A stretch of 64,000 bases of DNA from Antedon mediterranea (taxonomy: Eukaryota; Animalia; Echinodermata): NCBI RefSeq assembly GCF_964355755.1, contig NC_092671.1, positions 9,858,001-9,922,000 of the forward strand, written 5' to 3'. Positions 42,036 to 52,093 of the stretch are shown piece by piece. The translations under genes were made by a program, and so were the position numbers. The notes below the pieces were generated by a model. The model searched no databases. It was not told where the DNA came from and worked only from the letters and a program-made list of their open reading frames with translations. Every line of letters begins with the position of its first letter. Positions within the stretch are counted from its first letter, which is position 1.

Positions 42036-44075
42036 AGTGTTTAGTTAAAAATACATAATTATATTATATATTGGGTCTGAAATCTTAATAGCTAAAGGAA
42101 ATGGGTAATAATGATGAATAAGTCTTAAATACTGTATGTGGGAAGTGGATTATGAAGTAACAGTTAAAACACAATGATGATTTTAGTTACATCATTGAAT
42201 CAATAGTTTAATTTATTTTTTTAAACATGTTAATTAAAAAAAATAACCAAATAAAATTTGTATTCTAAAAATAGGTATGTAACAAGACGAACCATGTTAC
42301 GAATTTAAGAATTCAAATGGGTACTTAACAGTAAATAAATAATAAAAGTACCATCAATTATTCATGGTACATTGTGGACCCCCTTGTATATAGGCAGAGG
42401 AGCAGGCTTAATATAATTTGTGTTTATTAAGATTCATTCACATTTTTGATATTATTATTATAATATGTGTGGGTTTAACTCGGTATTGTGACAACTAAGC
42501 ATGAACTACGAAGGTCAACTTACAGCAGTATAAGAATCATAATCAATATTCATTATAAATATTTTGAATAAAAAAGCACTTTGCATTTGAAGAACATAGC
42601 ACACACCCACACAACCTAGCCATGGGTAGTTGTGAAATGTCATCACACACAACCTTAAAATACCATATTGATTAGATAATGTTGAAAATGATGATAGTAA
42701 TACAGGTAAAGATAATAATATAGTGGTGACAGATAATTGCACTGATGGTAGTCCAGGCACCCACTGACCAATAGCAAAGTTGCCATAAAACTTGTTTGTA
42801 TCGACGAAAAATGGCTGCTTTATCCATTTTGCCGATGAGATACTCACAACATAGATCATCATTTTGGTGAAAAAGCATAAAATCAGGGGGGAAAATGCCA
42901 CTTGCCGATGGTTTAGTGCCTTACTTTGTTCGTTTATCAAATAAATAATTAAAGCTCAATTTGTTGGTCTTTTTTAACCAGGACGGTTTCTGTGTTATTT
43001 TTTCTGTATATGAGGTAGATAGGCCTACTGTACAGAGGAAAGCATGAAATGGCTGGATGATGAAATAAACATCTGAATTATCGCAAAAACAGCGATTACA
43101 CAGTCAGTTTAATCATGCGCTCTGGAGTTGGAGAGAGGCATCACTATTTATCATAATAATGTATTAAATCCTTCGTAACTGTTTTTATTGGTTTTTACTT
43201 GTGACAGGCAAAATCTGTATACCAATCATTACTGATCCAACAACCAGCAATCCTATGATAGTATACTTAATACTGAAGTGCTGTCTAAGTTTTAAGACAA
43301 GTACCCAGAAAAAGACAGAATGATTAATATGGGTCGCTTCACAGTAGTAACTCGCATCAAAATTTATAGTAAGCTGTCAGTTGGAAAATAATTACATTTT
43401 TAATTGCAATCGTTTATCTGAACCCACCTTCCATTTTTTTTTATATCAAAAGGATAACTTTTGTAAATTTATTGATGTCTGAATAAATTCTATGAATAAA
43501 ATTGTCGTTTAGAGTTTGAGAATTATCTTGTCTTCAATTACATGGTGTACTTAAGTAAACCATATATTCAGTAGATTTAATGTATGGTAATGATACGGCC
43601 TTAATATATGCACGGTATACAATGACAGTTGATAATACTATTGATACTATAGGCTACAAATATTATATTCCATCCCGAAAGATGCTTTTAAAGATAAAGT
43701 GTTCATTACAAAACTAATATGCAGGGACAATCTATATACAGTATAAGCCCCCGTTTATGTTATAATTTGCAAATTGACAATTAAACTTAAATTGCAACAT
43801 CAATGTTTGAAAAACTTGTGTAATTTGTTTTACACATTTTTTATGAATTTGTATTAATTTGTTTAAAAAATAATGTGTTATAGATTCATAATTGCCTGGT
43901 GGCAAAATCTGAAAAATGCAGTCTAAACAAAAACAAATGATTAGTCGATATGGTTGATTCCATTTCTAGGAGGGGTGTCTATATTAGAGGCTCAAGATTG
44001 TATGGATTATTTTTAAATTATCATGTCTTGAAATTTGATGGAAACACAAAAAATGACTAGTATTGATGCACTTAC

Positions 44076-44234
44076 CTGAACCTACACTGCCATTATGGAG
44101 AAAGGAATACTCGGTATGGTTGATTCCATTTGGAAGAGCTGGTGTCTGTACCGGAGACTCTGGATTTGATGGATATCCCATGCTACCACTAGTACTTGAA
44201 TACTGGCTGTTATTACCATTTATAAGATACGGTA
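44076..44234 (-). CDS. LARP4: LARP4-family coding exon 3
   Basis: ttatag|TA CCG TAT ... TCA G|GTAAGT; VPYLINGNNSQYSSTSGSMGYPSNPESP...; phase 1 to 1. Confidence 0.8.
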
Positions 44235-45617
44235 CTATAAAGACAAATTTTGTTTATTAATTTAATCAATCACTATCAATTCTCATTATTAACATTAAAG
44301 TAAATGATATCTAAATCTATTTTGCATGGCAAATACCTTGTCAGCTAATAGAGTGGATTTATCAATCAGTATGGCTACTGACCATATGGAATTGCAGTCT
44401 CTTTAAAGCCTTACAAAGAGTAGTTACAATAAAATATACAAATGTAAATTGCCTAATTTAAATGCACTGATCATAGCAGAAAATGACCTTTGAACTTCCC
44501 TGGGGCAATACAAAAATCCAGTAATTTACTAATTATTGTCAACGTACATATTAGTATAAATCGCACTTACTGTACAAGCATCTATCTTTTTTTCTCAACA
44601 ATTCATTTTTAAAATATTAAGATATTTCTCCTTAATAGAAGGCTTGTTGGACAAAATTTGATCATTTACTATCAAGATTACTTTACACGGTTAGCTTCCA
44701 AGACTACCCACATTCCAAAATTTAATCAGCATACCTGGGTATCTCTATATTAATTTCACATAACGTACTGTATTGGATTTTTTTATAGTTCTTAAGTTAA
44801 CTTAAAAGCCTTGTGTAATAACAAACTCGTCGAGTCATAAATGTGCTAGTTTATTTTGCACCTGAGGGACATAATATAGCAACAATTACTATTGTACTTT
44901 GTTTTATGGGTTCCTTCAAAATAATTTTTTTTTTACTAGTCTTGTGAACGATTGGTTGCGAACATATATGCCTATTTCGTTGTTGTGTTTAACAAACAGA
45001 GTTAATGAATAAATCATCAGCATTTTCCAGACAGCCATACCATTACAGATTAAAAATTTATAAAATTATAGCTTCATGACCTACCTATTCACACTGACTA
45101 GTCAAACTACAGTGAGTTCTTGCACTTCAGATACAAGTAGCTCTATATGTTAGTGGTGTGAATGGCAAAAATAAATAACACAGGTGCTTATACCAATCAC
45201 CTGTCTGTCACATGGCCATAACAGTATGTATCAACACATTACTGAAAACATGTTGTTAGAATAACATGTTCTTAGGGAGTTTCCCATATCACATATTGGC
45301 AATACAGTAGGTGTTTAAATTATTAAACACCATTGCAAGACTATAAATCTCACATTTGTTAGACTAGCCATCTCAATAAAATCATGTACTACAATATTGT
45401 ATAAATATCAACTGCAATCTTGGACTATTAAAAAGCTTTCCAAACTGGCAACATGACACAACATGAAACCAACCGCAAATTTAACTCGGCGCATGCAGAA
45501 TATTATATACGAGGGAAGCAACAGCGTTCCGATCGAGTGATTGCCGGCATCTCCTGTTTTGAAAACTTTTTTCTAATTGTCCGCACAGAAGAGATCAATT
45601 AAATATATAACTATTAC

Positions 45618-45768
45618 CTTTACTATTCATTGCTACCTGTGATGGTGCAGTACCTGAATCCCTATTGTCATGATCTACCAGCTCAAAGTTGTCGTTTGCG
45701 TCTGGGGTCACAGACCTCTTGGGTACCGGGAATGCCTTAGCATTAGGATTGAGCGTTGTCGATGCAAC
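45618..45768 (-). CDS. LARP4: LARP4-family coding exon 2 (PAM2 motif TLNPNAKAFPVP)
   Basis: ttgcag|GTT GCA ... AAA G|GTAATA; PAM2-like LNPNAKxF; phase 0 to 1. Confidence 0.9.
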
Positions 45769-48321
45769 CTGCAAAACAATACGACAGGAAATATTTACTT
45801 TGTTAGTAGAAAGAGAAATAACTTCACATACAGAAGAATACCTCTTTTGGAACACTCCTATTCAATGGGCATCCCAATAAGGAGAAATATGTTTATTGTC
45901 TATAAGGACCAAAAGGACAGTGTCCCCATATTAAAGGTTCTACTGTACTAAACCACATTAATAAGGAAACATCCAATATTTATTTTCGCAATTATTTACA
46001 TACAACCTGTCCTATTGGTATATAAGTACCCTAGGCGTTGTTTTCTGTTCTTCTGATGATGAGAATAGTTTCTTGACACATGTCACATTTTAAGGCAGTT
46101 TGCCTATTCATTATGCCTCGCTATAGTTATTTTAACTGTACAACAAAACAAATCAAAATATTGGTCCCACTTAACCGATGAATAATTTTAGAGCCTGGGA
46201 TTTCTTTCTTTATTAAACAGCTGAATGAGTGGTATTAGTTTTAAAATTACCTAAATGATTGTAGTAATTGAGTATACCCAGATCAATAATATAAACGTTT
46301 TTTTTTTTTTAAATCACGATACTGTAGGTTAAAAAATTATTTCATTTGCTTTTATTTCAGAATTTTATGCACAAACGAATGTTAATCATTCATATCAAAA
46401 TATATTCTATTAAGAAATTCTAGTATGTTTAGTAGGATTCAGTCAAGTATGTTAATCATCAGCAAGCTTTAATGGTGTATAGCAGAAATGAGTAATTGTT
46501 GACAAGACAATAAGAATTCAATTTAATAGATATTTTCGCTAACGCAATCAATCATCAACATCAAGTTAGTGGGTCTATTCTCTCAGATTATCCTTCAAAG
46601 ACGTCATGGGACAGGAAAGTAAGACTAGATATTTTATGCACAGTTTTTTATGACCACATAATAATGCATTTGTGTTCTCTAAACAGCCATTTAATATGTG
46701 TGCGGTGCAATACTATCTAATACTACTACAGTATATGATACATTTTGCAGCTGACCTTTTCATTTTAACCTTTAGTCAGGTCTTAGCGAAACAGAAGTGT
46801 TGTTTTTCTAGTTCATGATAAATCTAGCCTCTGCTATTCAATATCACTTAAAACCTACTCATAGCTTTAATGATTTCGCCAATATGCTACATAAATCTAC
46901 ATAAATCTATACGTATATATATACTGATATCATATAATATTAATCAATTTAATCTAAAAAAATCCTATTCATTTTTATTCATTACATGACTGAACTAACA
47001 AAATATACAGCAAACTGTGATATGAATAACTGAATAAGCAAACATGCGGTTTCATCATTTTTATTTTAAAATTTGTTTATTCATAAATCATAGTAAATTG
47101 CATGACGGGTTCCTGTACAAATGTGGTTTAGTTTCAATTTATTATTATTACCGTACTGACTCGGGTATAAGCCCACCCCCCTTGAACATGAAATCACGTC
47201 AAGTTTGGGGGTTGGGCTTATACCCGAGGATCCAAAAATGCAGATCGTCAAAAACAGCACATGTACACTGTGTATTCCACCATGCGAGCGAGCGCCCTCA
47301 CGTGTACGACGTTGCCTCTACTAAATACACGAGGTGTACAGTACCGGACAGAATTATTGCAGATTTTGAACGCATTCAACGCATTGTTAAAGTGTTGACA
47401 ATGCGTTGAAACTGCGTTGTCCGTTGGCGTTGAAAGTGTTGAGTTCGTTGAACTGTTTATTCAACCAACACAATGTGTTGCGTTGAGTTTGCGTTGAAAT
47501 AACAATCGTATGTTATTTACAGATTGCCAGTGTGTATTAGTAGTAGTAGTAATAGTATAAAATACAGTATTACAAATAATGAAGAAAACAAACATAATGT
47601 GTATTTTTCCGCGGAAACTAATAATAAATTACACAAGGCTAGGCCTACTACTAACGTCGTAACGAGTAGGCCTGTGTGTATATGAGCTACGTCTGCCCTC
47701 GCATCTACAGTAGCGGTCATGTCCTCAATTACTGTGTGCCTACCGTATATTAAAACTGGAGTAGTAAATACCCATGTTAAGGCGGCGGTGAATCATGGAG
47801 GTTAGGCCACATCGTAATTAATTATTTCCAAACTAAAAACTTCGCAGTACTACATTTCTCAATTGATTGTAAAAACTACGTAGCCTATGCCAGTCGTGTG
47901 GAAGGCAACAATACACCAACATAATTTTACGATCTTTGGTCGTGTCTTTTTCACGCATGCTTTTCGTGACGTACAGTATGGGGGAACGAACTGATCGTCG
48001 AAAGGTGAAGAGTTCATTCATTATGAAATAACGCGTAATTGCAAGAAAAAATCGTTTAGTTTTATTATCCCTAAAATTATCATATATTATATTATAAATT
48101 AATTAATTAATTATTGTGACGCCTAATGTAACCCATGCAGAGAAAAGCGTTAAATAGAATAACCAAGAAATAGGAATGACTAATCTGATGCAAGACAATA
48201 AGGCAATGTTAGGCGTTTTCTTTAAAATCAAAACCTTATTGTTCCTTATAATAACACAATTGTATGAATGGGATGGGAGTTTTTGCGAAAGATTTTTGTG
48301 GACACATTCGAAAGAAATTTC

Positions 48322-49185
48322 ATGATGAAAACACCTTGCACTACTAGATCCAGAATTATACGTTTACGCGACCGTGGTAACACTGTCAAACAGATACAGG
48401 AAACGCTCAACGATGATGGCATAAAGGTACACGACACAACGATTCGGCGAATTTTGGAACGATTCAATAGCAATTCGACGATTGCCGATAAAGCTCGCAC
48501 TGGCCGGCCCAGTAAATTTAGAGACGAACACTTGGCAATTATAAACAATGAAATGGATGCCAACTCAGAATTGAATTCAAGTAAGTTGCGGGATATATTG
48601 GAAGAGAAAACAGGCTGTACATTTTCAGACAGATCCGTAAGACGACGACGTAGGAGACTGGGATGGGTTTGCGAAGGTGCAAGATATTGCCAATTAATAA
48701 GAGTAAAGAATCGGATTGATCGATTTGATTTCGCAGTGAAATGTATACGAAATGCCGAACAGTTCAAACGTGTTATCTTTACAGACGAATGTACAATTGA
48801 ACTTGATAATCACGCTAGAATTACATTTAGGAAGCTGCATGAACAACCGAAATTGAAACCTAGGGCCAAACATCCAACAAAAGTACATGTATGGGCGGGA
48901 ATTTCTACAGAGGGAGCGACGCCAATAATCATATTCGACGGGATAATGCGGAAAGAATTTTATGTGGACACGATTTTAGATCAAGTATTACGTCCGTATG
49001 TTTCAGCTAAGTTCACAGATAACAAATTCCGTTTCATGCAGGACAACGATCCCAAACATACTTCGCGTTACGCTGCCGATTATTTCACAAGAGAGAACAT
49101 ATATTGGTGGAAAACCCCGGCGGAGTCACCAGACCTTAATCCCATCGAGCTTGTGTGGCATCAACTTAAAGATTTTTTACGAAAG
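48322..49185 (+). CDS. Tc1-family DD34E transposase, exon 1
   Basis: Paired-like HTH N-terminus, RTGRP linker, poly-R NLS, VIFTDE, VWAGIS and FMQDNDPKH...SPDLNPIELVW with 34 residues between D and E. Donor AAG|GTAATT. Start placed at MMKT; an upstream in-frame ATG at 48268 is possible. Confidence 0.93.
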
Positions 49186-49344
49186 GTAATTCAATTCATC
49201 TTTTATTGGTCTAATTCTCATAATGTAAGTAAAAATCGGTGTTCATACACTGCAGTTTAAAAACAATGTTTAAAACATTTTAATTGTCTACGAAATTGTT
49301 TATAATTATTCTGTATAACGTAATTTTACGATTGTATTTTATAG

Positions 49345-49500
49345 GAATGGAAACCGATGGTGAAGGCTGAACTGGTTGCAGGCATCAATCAGTTTTGGAA
49401 AACAAAGATGAACCGTAAACTGTGCAGGAAATATGTATCCCATCTGAGAATCGTCGTACCTGCTGTTATTAGATGCAAGGGACACGCGACGGGTTACTAG
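49345..49500 (+). CDS. Tc1-family transposase, exon 2
   Basis: Acceptor ttttatag|GAA. EWKPMVKAELVAGINQFWKTKMNRKLCRKYVSHLRIVVPAVIRCKGHATGY* matches the typical Tc1 C-terminus. Spliced product is 339 aa. Confidence 0.9.
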   Translation, partial: EWKPMVKAELVAGINQFWKTKMNRKLCRKYVSHLRIVVPAVIRCKGHATGY

Positions 49501-49726
49501 TGCCGATTTATTTCGAGTCTCATTTATCTCGCGTTTTTAATATTGTGTTTAGTTTAACGAATGTAATATATAATGTTTAGTTGCCATTTATCTCTGGAAA
49601 TTACGCTTAGTTAAGTTTTATGCTGTACATATTTACTGTGGTATGATCCATATTTTAATGTGTACTGTATTATTAAATTCCTTATTTCAATCATGCTATT
49701 ATATATATTATATATTAAAGTATACA

Positions 49727-49950
49727 ACAAAAAGCCAAACTATAATTGCAATTGATTTTATTTATTTATATATCAAAGACCTAGAAAACAAACGAAAGGA
49801 ATAAAAACAAAAAGCCAAACTATAATTGCAATTGATTTTATTTATTTATATATCAAAGACATAGAAAACTATAATTACAATTTAATTTTATTTATAAATC
49901 AAAGACATAGAAAACAAACGAAAGCAATAAAAACAAAGGCTAACAATGGC
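49727..49950. repeat. About 80-bp AT-rich tandem duplication between the convergent transposase and cargo gene 3' ends
   Basis: ACAAAAAGCCAAACTATAATTGCAATTGATTTTTATTTATTTATATATCAAAGAC occurs twice at a period of 80, plus degenerate copies. Confidence 0.8.
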
Positions 49951-50011
49951 AAAGAATAAAAAATAGTACAATTTAAATACATTACAATTACAATATAAGT
50001 TAAATCTAGGC

Positions 50012-50746
50012 CTACTCTCGTTGGTGTCTCTGTTTAAATTTAATTTGTCTACGTGCTGAATCAATTGACTTAAGGCATTCTTTCCATCTAATATCAATTT
50101 CTGCAACAGGGGCAGGCGCTAGGTTAAACACTTCAGTCTTAATGTAGTCCAGTCTAGTCGCGTCGAGTCGAGCAGCGCCGTTTCGTCCTGACGTATTGCA
50201 ATTGCGTCTTTCTTCTTCAGTAAAGAAGTATTCAGTCAATAGTCGTGCCATCTTTAGTCGGTCGTCAGTAAAGCTAAGTAGTCGTCGTCGTAAGTCCTGT
50301 GGTATTTGATGTGTATCATTGTCATTGTTCAATGGTGGTTGGTGTTGTGCTGCTTGTGGCTGTTGTCTGATGTTAGTTTGTTGTTGTAAAGTTGCCATAA
50401 TGTCAGATACCTGTTGATGTAGTGTTGCGATTTCGTTTGTTTTCTGGTCCAGTAGTTCTCGTAGCTGTTTGTTTTCGTCCTTTATGTCTTTTAGTTGGTC
50501 TTCCGTACGTCCCAGTCTAAGTTCAAGTCGGTCTTGGCGACGCTCCATCTCATTCTTATCATCCCATCTGTCACTCGCAAATGTCATTTCCTTGTCGTAG
50601 TCGTTGGTCAGTTCGTCTAGTGTCTGGTCTGCGTTGTGGAGGTCGACGTTGTCGGTGTCATAGATCATGAATCTGTTCTCAAATTCTTCGTCAGAGTCAG
50701 CAGTTGGTGGTAGCGGCGGATGAGTTACTTCTATAACTGTCGCAGC
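50012..50746 (-). CDS. Cargo gene exon 3: coiled coil plus C-terminal BEN domain
   Basis: Acceptor atgtag|GCT is in frame with ORF 50012..50668. Heptads RLGRTEDQLKDIKDENKQLRELLDQKTNEIATLHQQV. ARLLTEYFFTEEERRNCNTSG...LDATRLDYIK...WKECLKSIDSARR fits the BEN pattern. Confidence 0.88.
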   Translation of the reverse strand, partial: AATVIEVTHPPLPPTADSDEEFENRFMIYDTDNVDLHNADQTLDELTNDYDKEMTFASDRWDDKNEMERRQDRLELRLGRTEDQLKDIKDENKQLRELLDQKTNEIATLHQQVSDIMATLQQQTNIRQQPQAAQHQPPLNNDNDTHQIPQDLRRRLLSFTDDRLKMARLLTEYFFTEEERRNCNTSGRNGAARLDATRLDYIKTEVFNLAPAPVAEIDIRWKECLKSIDSARRQIKFKQRHQRE

Positions 50747-51120
50747 CTACATAAAATATAAACAAAAGAAACTTCATTAATCGACCTGCAAAAATTACGT
50801 AATTAATAAGGGACACATGTACAGTTATGGTTTTGTTTTTTTGTTTTTTTTGGTTTGGTTTCAAGGTATTAAAGATGTATTGTTTCCCCAAAACCATGAA
50901 AAATTAAAATTAATAAAATCTGACTATGAATGGGTTATTTTATAGTTTCAATAAAGTTACTCACTTCGGCAAAAAAACCCAAAACAATTTGACTATTTTT
51001 TGCTTTAAATTACACATGTTAAGGTAAATACATTTTTTCAAACAAATTTTTGGTAAAATCTATGCGACATTAACATTGTGATAAGTAATCTAATACAATG
51101 TCAACAGAATTTAAGCCTAC

Positions 51121-51354
51121 CTTCTTTGTAACATCGACAGTACTCTGACGGCGTCTTCTTTTTGGTGCAGGTTCTGGTATGTTATCTACATTATCGCCAT
51201 CACCATCATCACCATTGTCGTCATCATCACTATTGTCGCCATCATCATCATTGTCGCCATCACCATCAATACCATCGTCATCTTTGTCAACTCGTTGGTC
51301 GTCTGCCTCGGTCATAAATTCGTATGGGATCGTTTCCCCCGTTTCTGCTTTTAC
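51121..51354 (-). CDS. Cargo gene exon 2: D/G-rich acidic tract and NLS (PKRRRR)
   Basis: atacag|GTA AAA GCA ... AAG AAG|GTAGGC; phase 0 to 0; open frame. Confidence 0.85.
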
Positions 51355-51781
51355 CTGTATCAGAAAAAAATATTTAGTTTAAACATTTGCCATACATTTA
51401 AAAAACGATACATTGGTTGGGTCAAGTATTTTAACTAACAATAAATTTAACAATATCATTTGTGGAAATATGTAAAACAATTTAATTAAAAGGTGACTTA
51501 TTCCTTAACACTTTTTAAAAAGATGCTCGACTTTGAACTAAAATATCATAAAACAAAAGTGAATGAACCTATAACGAAATAAATAAACCATAGATAATTA
51601 AGTATTTTAACTAACAATAAATTTAATTTAAAACGGGCAACAATAGGCCCCTATCATTTTTGAAAATATGTAAAACAATTTAATTAAAAAAGCGACCCCT
51701 TCCTTAACATTTTTAAAAGAGATGATCGCCGTTTGAACTAAATATCATAAAGCCAAAAAAATATGAATGTCGATTACTCAC

Positions 51782-52093
51782 CTCTGATGCAAATATATCA
51801 TTAAACTTAACAGCAACTACTGGTCCTCTCAATCCTGACGCAAGTACTCGTTGGACCAGGTCTCCTCTTTGTAACTTTTTAGGGTCGCCTGTCTCCGGAA
51901 AGTGTTCGCGGTTGATCTTACATTGTCGTTTCTTCATTGGAAGTCTTACGTACTGTAATTTGACGTGGCTTACAGAATTATAGCCAGTCCAGGATACTAC
52001 AACGGCATCGGGATAAACTCCCTTAACAGTTCCTCGTAACCAAATACCAGAATCTGGGTCAATAGCTTGTACAGCTTGTCCGCGTTTAAACAT
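51782..52093 (-). CDS. Cargo gene exon 1: Tudor/Agenet-like beta-barrel
   Basis: aaaATG start. FKRGQAVQAIDPDSGIWLRGTVKGVYPDAVVVSWTGY...VKLQYVR fits a Royal-family barrel pattern. Donor GAG|GTGAGT, phase 0. Spliced product is 426 aa. Confidence 0.8.

Noticed and set aside
48246-48767. 173-aa antisense ORF over the transposase (likewise 4029..4481 and the ORFs overlapping 12168-12747)
   Set aside because: These are shadow ORFs of real coding sequence with no recognisable features.
49186-49260. ORF-track C-terminus of the transposase (VIQFIFYW...)
   Set aside because: This is intron read-through; the canonical Tc1 C-terminus is in exon 49345-49500.
51424-51760. Tandem duplication within cargo intron 1 as a regulatory array
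   Set aside because: It is an ordinary diverged AT-rich duplication of about 175 bp, with no motif linking it to the other arrays.
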